Source: Eledone cirrhosa (taxonomy: Eukaryota). From it: 64,000 nt of DNA. Positions 27,101-40,000 of the stretch are shown here, in pieces. The stretch is taken from contig OZ024742.1 of NCBI GenBank assembly GCA_964016885.1, positions 15,686,001-15,750,000 of the forward strand. Direction: 5' to 3'. Both the position numbers and the translations under genes were made by a program. Within the stretch, counting starts at the first letter, position 1. Every line of letters begins with the position of its first letter. A model generated the notes under the pieces. That model did no database searches, was not told where the DNA came from, and saw nothing but the letters and a program-made list of their open reading frames with translations.

Positions 27101-30100
27101 TAAAGTGTGATTAATAAAGAACCACAGAGAAATGTGTGATTATTAACGAACCACAGAGTAAAGTGTGATTATTAAAGAACCACAGAGAAATGTGTGATTA
27201 TTAAAGAACCTCAGAGTAAAGTGTGATTATTAAAGAACCTCAGAGTAAAGTGTGATTATTAAAGAACCTCAGAGTAAAGTGTGATTATTAAAGAACCACA
27301 GAGTAAAGTGTGATTATTAAAGAACCTCAGAGTAAAGTGTGATTATTAAAGAACCTCAGAGTTAAGTGTGATCATTAAAGAACCTCAGAGTTAAGTGTGA
27401 TTATTAAAGGACCACAGAGTAAAGTGTGATTGTTAAAGAACCTCAGAGTAAAGTGTGATTATTAAATAACCACAGAGTAAAGTGTTATTATTAAAGAACC
27501 ATAGAGAAATGTGAGATTATTAAAGAACCACAGAGTAAAGTGTGATTATTAAAGAACCTCAGAGTAAAGTGTGATTATTAAAGAACCTCAGAGTAAAGTG
27601 TGATTATTAAAGAACCTCAGAGTAAAGTGTGATTAATAAAGAACCACAGAGAAATGTGTGATTATTAACGAACCACAGAGTAAAGTGTGATTATTAAAGA
27701 ACCACAGAGAAATGTGTGATTATTAAAGAAACTCATAGTAAAGTGTGATTATTAAAGAACCTCAGAGTAAAGTGTGATTATTAAAGAACCTCAGAGTAAA
27801 GTGTGATTATTAAAGAACCACAGAGTAAAGTGTGATTATTAAAGAACCTCAGAGTAACGTGTGATTATTAAAGAACCATACATAAATGTGAGATTACTAA
27901 AGAACCACAGAGTAAAGTGTGATTATTAAAGAACATCAGAGTAAAGTGTGATTTTTAAAGAATCTCAGAGTAAAGTGTGATTATTAAACAACCACAGAGA
28001 AAAGTGTGATTATTAAAGAACCTCAGAGTAAAGTGTGACTGTTAAAGAATCTCAGAGTAAAATGTGATTATTAAACAACCACAGAGAAAGGTGTGATTAT
28101 TAAAGAACCTCAGAGCAAAGTGTGATTATTAAAGAACCTCAGAGTAAAGTGTGATTATTAAAGAACCTCAGAGTAAAGTGTGATTGTTAAAGAATCTCAG
28201 AGTAAAGGGTGATTATTAAAGAACCACAGAGTAAAGTGTGATTATTAAAGAACCTCAGAGCAAAGTGTGATTATTAAAGAACCTCAGAGTAAAGTGTGAT
28301 TATTAAAGAACCTCAGAGTAAAGTGTGATTATTAAAGAACCTCAGAGTAAAGTGTGATTATTAAAGAACCTCAGAGTAAAGTGTGATTAATAAAGAACCA
28401 CAGAGAAATGTGTGATTATTAACGAACCACAGAGTAAAGTGTGATTATTAAAGAACGACAGAGAAATGTGTGATTATTAAAGAACCTCAGAGTAAAGTGT
28501 GATTATTAAAGAACCTCAGAGTAAAGTGTGATTATTAAAGAACCTCAGAGTAAAGTGTGATTATTAAAGAACCACAGAGTAAAGTGTGATTATTAAAGAA
28601 CCTCAGAGTAAAGTGTGATTATTAAAGAACCATACATAAATGTGAGTTTACTAAAGAACCACAGAGTAAAGTGTGATTATTAAAGAACCTCAGAGTAAAG
28701 TGTGATTATTAAAGAACCTCAGAGGAAAAGTGTGATTATTAAACAACCTCAGAGTAAAGTGTGATTATTAAAGAACCCCAGAGTAAAGTGTCATTATTAA
28801 GGAACCTCAGAGTAAAGTGTGATTATTAAAGAACCTCAGAGTAAAGTGTGATTAATAAAGAACCACAGAGAAATGTGTGATTATTAACGAACCACAGAGT
28901 AAAGTGTGATTATTAAAGAACTACAGAGAAATGTGTGATTATTAAAGAACCTCAGAGTAAAGTGTGATTATTAAAGAACCTCAGAGTAAAGTGTGATTAT
29001 TAAAGAACCTCAGAGTAAAGTGTGATTATTAAAGAACCACAGAGTAAAGTGTGATTATTAAAGAACCTCAGAGTAAAGTGTGATTATTAAAGAACCATAC
29101 ATAAATGTGAGATTACTAAAGAACCACAGAGTAAAGTGTGATTATTAAAGAACCTCAGAGTAAAGTGTGATTATTAAAGAACCTCAGAGGAAAAGTGTGA
29201 TTATTAAAGAACCTCAGAGTAAAGTGTGATTATTAAAGAACTCCAGAGTAAAGTGTGATTATTAAAGAACCACAGAGTAAAGTGTGATTATTAAAGAACC
29301 TCAGAGTAAAGTGTGATTATTAAACAACCACAGAGAAAAGTGTGATTATTAAAGAACCACAGAGTAAAGTGTGATTATTAAAGAACCTCAGAGTAAAGTG
29401 TGATTATTAAAGAACCACAGAGTAAAGTGTGATTATTAAAGAACCACAGAGAAATGTGTGATTATTAAAGAACCACAGAGTAAAGTGTGATTATTAAAGA
29501 ACCTCAGAGTAAAGTGTGATTATTAAAGAACCACAGAGTAAAGTGTGATTATTAAAGAACCACAGAGTAAAGTGTGATTATTAAAGAACCACAGAGTAAG
29601 GTGTGATTATTAAAGTACCACAGAGTACAGTGTAATTATTAAAGAACCTCAGTGTCATGTGTGATTATTAAAGAACCTCAGAGTAAAGTGTGATTATTAA
29701 AGAACCTCAGAGAAAAGTGTAATTATTAAAGAACCTCAGAGTAAAGTGTGATTATTTAAGAACCCCAGAGTAAAGTGTGATTATTAAAGAACCACAGAGT
29801 AAAGTGTGATTATTAAAGAACCTCAGAGTAAAGTGTGATTATTAAAGAACCTCAGAGGAAAAGTGTGATTATTAAAGAACCTCAGAGTAAAGTGTGATTA
29901 TTTAAGAACCCCAGAGTAAAGTGTGATTATTAAGGAACCTCAGAGTAAAGTGTGATTATTAAAGAACCACAGAGTAAAGTGTGATTATTAAAGAACCTCA
30001 GAGTAAAGTGTGATTATTAAAGAACCACAGAGTAAAGTGTGAATATTAAAGAACCACAGAGAAATGTGTGATTATTAAAGAACCTCAGAGAAAAGTGTGA

Positions 30101-32480
30101 TTATTAAAGAACCAAAGAGTAAAGTGTGATTATTAAAGAACCACAGAGTACAGTGTGATTATTAAAAAACCTCAGAGTAAAGAGTGATTATTAAAGAACC
30201 TCAGAGTAAATTGTGATTATTAAAGAACCACAGAGTAAAGTGTGATTAATAAAGAACCACAGAGAAATGTGTGATTATTAACGAACCACAGAGTAAAGTG
30301 TGATTATTAAAGAACCACAGAGAAATGTGTGATTATTAAAGAACCTCAGAGTAAAGTGTGATTATTAAAGAACCTCAGAGTAAAGTGTGATTATTAAAGA
30401 ACCTCAGAGTAAAGTGTGATTATTAAAGAACCACAGAGTAAAGTGTGATTATTAAAGAACCTCAGAGTAAAGTGTGATTATTAAAGAACCTCAGAGTTAA
30501 GTGTGATCATTAAAGAACCTCAGAGTTAAGTGTGATTATTAAAGGACCACAGAGTAAAGTGTGATTGTTAAAGAACCTCAGAGTAAAGTGTGATTATTAA
30601 ATAACCACAGAGTAAAGTGTTATTATTAAAGAACCATAGAGAAATGTGAGATTATTAAAGAACCACAGAGTAAAGTGTGATTATTAAAGAACCTCAGAGT
30701 AAAGTGTGATTATTAAAGAACCTCAGAGTAAAGTGTGATTATTAAAGAACCTCAGAGTAAAGTGTGATTAATAAAGAACCACAGAGAAATGTGTGATTAT
30801 TAACGAACCACAGAGTAAAGTGTGATTATTAAAGAACCACAGAGAAATGTGTGATTATTAAAGAAACTCATAGTAAAGTGTGATTATTAAAGAACCTCAG
30901 AGTAAAGTGTGATTATTAAAGAACCTCAGAGTAAAGTGTGATTATTAAAGAACCACAGAGTAAAGTGTGATTATTAAAGAACCTCAGAGTAACGTGTGAT
31001 TATTAAAGAACCATACATAAATGTGAGATTACTAAAGAACCACAGAGTAAAGTGTGATTATTAAAGAACATCAGAGTAAAGTGTGATTTTTAAAGAATCT
31101 CAGAGTAAAGTGTGATTATTAAACAACCACAGAGAAAAGTGTGATTATTAAAGAACCTCAGAGTAAAGTGTGACTGTTAAAGAATCTCAGAGTAAAATGT
31201 GATTATTAAACAACCACAGAGAAAGGTGTGATTATTAAAGAACCTCAGAGCAAAGTGTGATTATTAAAGAACCTCAGAGTAAAGTGTGATTATTAAAGAA
31301 CCTCAGAGTAAAGTGTGATTGTTAAAGAATCTCAGAGTAAAGGGTGATTATTAAAGAACCACAGAGTAAAGTGTGATTATTAAAGAACCTCAGAGCAAAG
31401 TGTGATTATTAAAGAACCTCAGAGTAAAGTGTGATTATTAAAGAACCTCAGAGTAAAGTGTGATTATTAAAGAACCTCAGAGTAAAGTGTGATTATTAAA
31501 GAACCTCAGAGTAAAGTGTGATTAATAAAGAACCACAGAGAAATGTGTGATTATTAACGAACCACAGAGTAAAGTGTGATTATTAAAGAACGACAGAGAA
31601 ATGTGTGATTATTAAAGAACCTCAGAGTAAAGTGTGATTATTAAAGAACCTCAGAGTAAAGTGTGATTATTAAAGAACCTCAGAGTAAAGTGTGATTATT
31701 AAAGAACCACAGAGTAAAGTGTGATTATTAAAGAACCTCAGAGTAAAGTGTGATTATTAAAGAACCATACATAAATGTGAGTTTACTAAAGAACCACAGA
31801 GTAAAGTGTGATTATTAAAGAACCTCAGAGTAAAGTGTGATTATTAAAGAACCTCAGAGGAAAAGTGTGATTATTAAACAACCTCAGAGTAAAGTGTGAT
31901 TATTAAAGAACCCCAGAGTAAAGTGTCATTATTAAGGAACCTCAGAGTAAAGTGTGATTATTAAAGAACCTCAGAGTAAAGTGTGATTAATAAAGAACCA
32001 CAGAGAAATGTGTGATTATTAACGAACCACAGAGTAAAGTGTGATTATTAAAGAACTACAGAGAAATGTGTGATTATTAAAGAACCTCAGAGTAAAGTGT
32101 GATTATTAAAGAACCTCAGAGTAAAGTGTGATTATTAAAGAACCTCAGAGTAAAGTGTGATTATTAAAGAACCACAGAGTAAAGTGTGATTATTAAAGAA
32201 CCTCAGAGTAAAGTGTGATTATTAAAGAACCATACATAAATGTGAGATTACTAAATAACCACAGAGTAAAGTGTGATTATTAAAGAACCTCAGAGTAAAG
32301 TGTGATTATTAAAGAACCTCAGAGGAAAAGTGTGATTATTAAAGAACCTCAGAGTAAAGTGTGATTATTAAAGAACTCCAGAGTAAAGTGTGATTATTAA
32401 AGAACCACAGAGTAAAGTGTGATTATTAAAGAACCTCAGAGTAAAGTGTGATTATTAAACAACCACAGAGAAAAGTGTGA
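26250..32480. repeat. Higher-order tandem duplication, period 3135 bp (108 monomers +3 bp)
   Basis: AGTAAAGAGT occurs at 27041 and 30176, and TGTGAGTTTACT at 28641 and 31776. Both offsets are 3135. Confidence 0.9.
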
Positions 32481-33790
32481 TTATTAAAGAACCTCAGAGT
32501 AAAGTGTGACTGTTAAAGAATCTCAGAGTAAAATGTGATTATTAAACAACCACAGAGAAAGGTGTGATTATTAAAGAACCTCAGAGCAAAGTGTGATTAT
32601 TAAAGAACCTCAGAGTAAAGTGTGATTATTAAAGAACCTCAGAGTAAAGTGTGATTGTTAAAGAATCTCAGAGTAAAGGGTGATTATTAAAGAACCACAG
32701 AGTAAAGTGTGATTATTAAAGAACCTCAGAGCAAAGTGTGATTATTAAAGAACCTCAGAGTAAAGTGTGATTATTAAAGAACCTCAGAGTAAAGTGTGAT
32801 TATTAAAGAACCTCAGAGTAAAGTGTGATTATTAAAGAACCTCAGAGTAAAGTGTGATTAATAAAGAACCACAGAGAAATGTGTGATTATTAACGAACCA
32901 CAGAGTAATGTGTGATTATTAAAGAACGACAGAGAAATGTGTGATTATTAAAGAACCTCAGAGTAAAGTGTGATTATTAAAGAACCTCAGAGTAAAGTGT
33001 GATTATTAAAGAACCTCAGAGTAAAGTGTGATTATTAAAGAACCACAGAGTAAAGTGTGATTATTAAAGAACCTCAGAGTAAAGTGTGATTATTAAAGAA
33101 CCATACATAAATGTGAGTTTACTAAAGAACCACAGAGTAAAGTGTGATTATTAAAGAACCTCAGAGTAAAGTGTGATTATTAAAGAACCTCAGAGGAAAA
33201 GTGTGATTATTAAACAACCTCAGAGTAAAGTGTGATTATTAAAGAACCCCAGAGTAAAGTGTCATTATTAAGGAACCTCAGAGTAAAGTGTGATTATTAA
33301 AGAACCTCAGAGTAAAGTGTGATTAATAAAGAACCACAGAGAAATGTGTGATTATTAACGAACCACAGAGTAAAGTGTGATTATTAAAGAACTACAGAGA
33401 AATGTGTGATTATTAAAGAACCTCAGAGTAAAGTGTGATTATTAAAGAACCTCAGAGTAAAGTGTGATTATTAAAGAACCTCAGAGTAAAGTGTGATTAT
33501 TAAAGAACCACAGAGTAAAGTGTGATTATTAAAGAACCTCAGAGTAAAGTGTGATTATTAAAGAACCATACATAAATGTGAGATTACTAAAGAACCACAG
33601 AGTAAAGTGTGATTATTAAAGAACCTCAGAGTAAAGTGTGATTATTAAAGAACCTCAGAGGAAAAGTGTGATTATTAAAGAACCTCAGAGTAAAGTGTGA
33701 TTATTAAAGAACTCCAGAGTAAAGTGTGATTATTAAAGAACCACAGAGTAAAGTGTGATTATTAAAGAACCTCAGAGTAAAGTGTGATTA
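31120..33790. repeat. Higher-order tandem duplication, period 1336 bp (46 monomers +2 bp)
   Basis: TGTGAGTTTACT occurs at 31776 and 33112. The GAACGACAG, GAACTACAG and GAACTCCAG variants recur in the same order. Confidence 0.85.
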
Positions 33791-33909
33791 TTAAAGAACC
33801 ACAGAGTAAAGTGTGATAATTAAAGAACCACAGAGAAAAGTGTGATTATTAAAGAACCTCAGAGAAAAGTGTGATTATTAAAGAACCTCAGAGTAAAGTG
33901 TGATTTTTA

Positions 33910-36900
33910 AAGAATCTCAGAGTAAAGTGTGATTATTAAACAACCACAGAGAAAAGTGTGACTATTAAAGAACCTCAGAGTAAAGTGTGATTGTTAAAGA
34001 ATCTCAGAGTAAAATGTGATTATTAAACAACCACAGAGAAAAGTGTGATCATTAAAGAACCATAGAGAAATGTGAGATTATTAAAGAACCACAGAGTAAA
34101 GTGTGATTATTAAAGAACCTCAGAGTAAAGTGTGATTATTAAAGAACCTCAGAGTAAAGTGTGATTATTAAAGAACCTCAAAGCAAAGTGTGATTATTAA
34201 AGAACCTCAGAGTAAAGTGTGATTATTAAAGAACCTCAGAGAAAAGTGTGATTATTAAAGAACCACAGAGAAATGTGTGATTATTAAAGAACCACATAGA
34301 AAAGTGTGATAATTAAAGAACCACAGAGAAAAGTGTGATCATTAAAGAACCTCAGAGAAAAGTGTGATTATTAAAGAACCTCAGAGTAAAGTGTGATTTT
34401 TAAAGAATCTCAGAGTAAAGTGTGATTATTAAACAACCACAGAGAAAAGTGTGATTATTAAAGAACCTCAGAGTAAAGTGTGATTGTTAAAGAATCTCAG
34501 AGTAAAATGTGATTATTAAACAACCACAGAGAAAAGTGTGATTATTAAAGAACCTCAGAGCAAAGTGTGATTATTAAAGAACCTCAGAGTTAAGTGTGAT
34601 TATTAAAGAACCTCAGAGTAAAGTGTGATTGTTAAAGAATCTCAGAGTAAAGTGTGATTATTAAAGAACCACAGAGTAAAGTGTGATTATTAAAGAACCT
34701 CAGAGCAAAGTGTGATTATTAAAGAACCTCAGAGTAAAGTGTGATTATTAGAGAACCACAGAGTAAAGTGTGATTATTAAAGTACCTCAGAGTAAAGTGT
34801 GATTATTAGAGAACCTCAGAGCAAAGTGTGATTATTAAAGAACATCAGAGTAAAGTGTGATTATTAAAGGACCACAGAGTAAAGTGCGATTATTAAAGAA
34901 CCTCAGAGCAAAGTGTGATTATTAAAGAACCTCAGAGTTAAGTGTGATCATTAAAGAACCTCATAGTTAAGTGTGATTATTAAAGAACCTCAGAGTAAAG
35001 TGTGATTATTAAAGAACCTCAGAGTTAAGTGTGATCATTAAAGAACCTCAGAGTTAAGTGTGATTATTAAAGGACCACAGAGTAAAGTGTGATTGTTAAA
35101 GAACCTCAGAGTAAAGTGTGATTATTAAATAACCACAGAGTAAAGTGTTATTATTAAAGAACCATAGAGAAATGTGAGATTATTAAAGAACCTCATAGTA
35201 AAGTGTGATTATTAAAGAACCTCAGAGTAAAGTGTGATTATTAAAGAACCTCAGAGTAAAGTGTGATTATTAAAGAACCACAGAGTAAAGTGTGATTATT
35301 AAAGAACCTCAGAGTAATGTGTGATTATTAAAGAACCATACATAAATGTGAGATTACTAAAGAACCACAGAGTAAAGTGTGATTATTAAAGAACCTCAGA
35401 GTAAAGTGTGATTTTTAAAGAATCTCAGAGTAAAGTGTGATTATTAAACAACCACAGAGAAAAGTGTGATTATTAAAGAACCTCAGAGTAAAGTGTGATT
35501 GTTAAAGAATCTCAGAGTAAAATGTGATTATTAAACAACCACAGAGAAAGGTGTGATTATTAAAGAACCTCAGAGCAAAGTGTGATTATTAAAGAACCTC
35601 AGAGTAAAGTGTGATTGTTAAAGAATCTCAGAGTAAAGGGTGATTATTAAAGAACCACAGAGTAAAGTGTGATTATTAAAGAACCTCAGAGCAAAGTGTG
35701 ATTATTAAAGAACCTCAGAGTAAAGTGTGATTATTAAAGAACCTCAGAGTAAAGTGTGATTATTAAAGAATCTCAGAGTAAAGTGTGATTATTAAACAAC
35801 CACAGAGAAAAGTGTGACTATTAAAGAACCTCAGAGTAAAGTGTGATTGTTAAAGAATCTCAGAGTAAAATGTGATTATTAAAAAACCACAGAGAAAAGT
35901 GTGATCATTAAAGAACCATAGAGAAATGTGAGATTATTGAAGAACCACAGAGTAAAGTGTGATTATTAAAGAACCTCAGAGTAAAGTGTGATTATTAAAG
36001 AACCTCAGAGTAAAGTGTGATTATTAAAGAACCTCAAAGCAAAGTGTGATTATTAAAGAACCTCAGAGTAAAGTGTGATTATTAAAGAACCACAGAGAAA
36101 AGTGTGATTATTAAAGAACCACAGAGAAATGTGTGATTATTAAAGAACCACATAGAAAAGTGTGATAATTAAAGAACCACAGAGAAAAGTGTGATTATTA
36201 AAGAACCTCAGAGAAAAGTGTGATTATTAAAGAACCTCAGAGTAAAGTGTGATTTTTAAAGAATCTCAGAGTAAAGTGTGATTATTAAACAACCACAGAG
36301 AAAAGTGTGATTATTAAAGAACCTCAGAGTAAAGTGTGATTGTTAAAGAATCTCAGAGTAAAATGTGATTATTAAACAACCACAGAGAAAAGTGTGATTA
36401 TTAAAGAACCTCAGAGCAAAGTGTGATTATTAAAGAACCTCAGAGTTAAGTGTGATTATTAAAGAACCTCAGAGTAAAGTGTGATTGTTAAAGAATCTCA
36501 GAGTAAAGTGTGATTATTAAAGAACCACAGAGTAAAGTGTGATTATTAAAGAACCTCAGAGCAAGGTGTGATTATTAAAGAACCTCAGAGTAAAGTGTGA
36601 TTATTAGAGAACCACAGAGTAAAGTGTGATTATTAAAGAACCTCAGAGTAAAGTGTGATTATTAGAGAACCTCAGAGCAAAGTGTGATTATTAAAGAACA
36701 TCAGAGTAAAGTGTGATTATTAAAGGACCACAGAGTAAAGTGCGATTATTAAAGAACCTCAGAACAAAGTGTGATTATTAAAGAACCTCAGAGTTAAGTG
36801 TGATCATTAAAGAACCTCATAGTTAAGTGTGATTATTAAAGAACCTCAGAGTAAAGTGTGATTATTAAAGAACCTCAGAGTTAAGTGTGATCATTAAAGA

Positions 36901-37050
36901 ACCTCAGAGTTAAGTGTGATTATTAAAGGACCACAGAGTAAAGTGTGATTGTTAAAGAACCTCAGAGTAAAGTGTGATTATTAAATAACCACAGAGTAAA
37001 GTGTTATTATTAAAGAACCATAGAGAAATGTGAGATTATTAAAGAACCAC
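33910..37050. repeat. Higher-order duplication, offset 1856 bp (64 monomers)
   Basis: CCACATAGAAAAG occurs at 34292 and 36148. The CCTCAAAGCAAAG, ATTAGAGAA and GAACATCAG variants are shared. Confidence 0.85.
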
Positions 37051-40000
37051 AGAGTAAAGTGTGATTATTAAAGAACCTCAGAGTAAAGTGTGATTATTAA
37101 AGAACCTCAGAGTAAAGTGTGATTATTAAAGAACCTCAGAGTAAAGTGTGATTAATAAAGAACCACAGAGAAATGTGTGATTATTAACGAACCACAGAGT
37201 AAAGTGTGATTATTAAAGAACCACAGAGAAATGTGTGATTATTAAAGAACCTCATAGTAAAGTGTGATTATTAAAGAACCTCAGAGTAAAGTGTGATTAT
37301 TAAAGAACCTCAGAGTAAAGTGTGATTATTAAAGAACCACAGAGTAAAGTGTGATTATTAAAGAACCTCAGAGTAACGTGTGATTATTAAAGAACCATAC
37401 ATAAATGTGAGATTACTAAAGAACCACAGAGTAAAGTGTGATTATTAAAGAACCTCAGAGTAAAGTGTGATTTTTAAAGAATCTCAGAGTAAAGTGTGAT
37501 TATTAAACAACCACAGAGAAAAGTGTGATTATTAAAGAACCTCAGAGTAAAGTGTGATTGTTAAAGAATCTCAGAGTAAAATGTGATTATTAAACAACCA
37601 CAGAGCAAGGTGTGATTATTAAAGAACCTCAGAGCAAAGTGTGATTATTAAAGAACCTCAGAGTAAAGTGTGATTATTAAAGAACCTCAGAGTAAAGTGT
37701 GATTGTTAAAGAATCTCAGAGTAAAGGGTGATTATTAAAGAACCACAGAGTAAAGTGTGATTATTAAAGAACCTCAGAGCAAAGTGTGATTATTAAAGAA
37801 CCTCAGAGTAAAGTGTGATTATTAAAGAACCTCAGAGTAAAGTGTGATTATTAAAGAACCTCAGAGTAAAGTGTGATTATTAAAGAACCTCAGAGTAAAG
37901 TGTGATTAATAAAGAACCACAGAGAAATGTGTGATTATTAACGAGCCACAGAGTAAAGTGTGATTATTAAAGAACGACAGAGAAATGTGTGATTATTAAA
38001 GAACCTCAGAGTAAAGTGTGATTATTAAAGAACCTCAGAGTAAAGTGTGATTATTAAAGAACCTCAGAGTAAAGTGTGATTATTAAAGAACCACAGAGTA
38101 AAGTGTGATTATTAAAGAACCTCAGAGTAAAGTGTGATTATTAAAGAACCATACATAAATGTGAGATTACTAAAGAACCACAGAGTAAAGTGTGATTATT
38201 AAAGAACCTCAGAGTAAAGTGTGATTATTAAAGAACCTCAGAGGAAAAGTGTGATTATTAAACAACCTCAGAGTAAAGTGTGATTATTAAAGAACCCCAG
38301 AGTAAAGTGTCATTATTAAGGAACCTCAGAGTAAAGTGTGATTATTAAAGAACCTCAGAGTAAAGTGTGATTAATAAAGAACCACAGAGAAATGTGTGAT
38401 TATTAACGAACCACAGAGTAAAGTGTGATTATTAAAGAACCACAGAGAAATGTGTGATTATTAAAGAACCTCAGAGTAAAGTGTGATTATTAAAGAACCT
38501 CAGAGTAAAGTGTGATTATTAAAGAACCTCAGAGTAAAGTGTGATTATTAAAGAACCATACATAAATGTGAGATTACTAAAGAACCACAGAGTAAAGTGT
38601 GATTATTAAAGAACCTCAGAGTAAAGTGTGATTATTAAAGAACCTCAGAGGAAAAGTGTGATTATTAAAGAACCTCAGAGTAAAGTGTGATTATTAAAGA
38701 ACCCCAGAGTAAAGTGTGATTATTAAAGAACCACAGAGTAAAGTGTGATTATTAAAGAACCTCAGAGTAAAGTGTGATTATTAAAGAACCACAGAGTAAA
38801 GTGTGATAATTAAAGAACCACAGAGAAAAGTGTGATTATTAAAGAACCTCAGAGAAAAGTGTGATTATTAAAGAACCTCAGAGTAAAGTGTGATTTTTAA
38901 AGAACCTCAGAGTAAAGCGTGATAATTAAAGTACCACAGAGTACAGTGTGATTATTAAAGAACCTCAGAGCAAAGTGTGATTATTAAAGAACCTCAGTGT
39001 CATGTGTGATTATTAAAGAACCACAGAGTAAAGTGTGATTATTAAAGAACCTCAGAGCAAAGTGTGATTATTAAAGAACCTCAGTGTCATGTGTGATTAT
39101 TAAAGAACCACAGAGTAAAGTGTGATTATTAAAGAACCTCAGAGTAAAGTGTGATTATTAAAGAATCTCAGAGTAAAGTGTGATTATTAAAGAACCTCAG
39201 ACTAAAGTGTGATTATTAAAGAACCTCAGAGCAAAGTGTGATTATTAAAGAACCTCAGAGTAAAGTGTGATTATTAAAGAACCTCAGACTAAAGTGTGAT
39301 TATTAAAGAACCTCAGAGCAAAGTGTGATTATTAAAGAACCTCAGAGTAAAGTGTGATTATTAAAGAACCACAGAGAAATGTGTGATTATTAACGAACCA
39401 CAGAGTAAAGTGTGATTATTAAAGAACCTAAGAGTAAAGTGTGATTATTAAAGAACCACAGAGAAAAGTGTGATTATTAAAGAACCACAGAGTAAAGTGT
39501 GATTAATAAAGAACCACAGAGAAAACTTTATTTATTTAAGAACTACAGAATAATGTGTGATTATTAAAGAACCTCAGAGTAAAGTGTGATTATTAAAGAA
39601 CCTCAGTGTCATGTGTGATTATTAAAGAACCACAGAGCAAAGTTTGATTATTAAAGAACCTCAGAGTAAAGTGTGATTATTAAAGGACCACAGAGTAAAG
39701 TGCGATTATTAAAGAACCTCAGAGCAAAGTTTGATTATTAAAGAACCTCAGAGTTAAGTGTGATCATTAAAGAACCTCATAGTTAAGTGTGATTATTAAA
39801 GAACCTCAGAGTAAAGTGTGATTATTAAAGAACCTCAGAGTTAAGTGTGATCATTAAAGAACCTCAGAGTTAATTGTGATTATTAAAGGACCACAGAGTA
39901 AAGTGTGATTGTTAAAGAACCTCAGAGTAAAGTGTGATTATTAAATAACCACAGAGTAAAGTGTTATTATTAAAGAACCATAGAGAAATGTGAGATTATT

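Noticed and set aside
27111-27120. AATAAA polyadenylation signals in ATTAATAAAG variant monomers
   Set aside because: The motif arises from a single T>A change of the consensus, and there is no transcript context.
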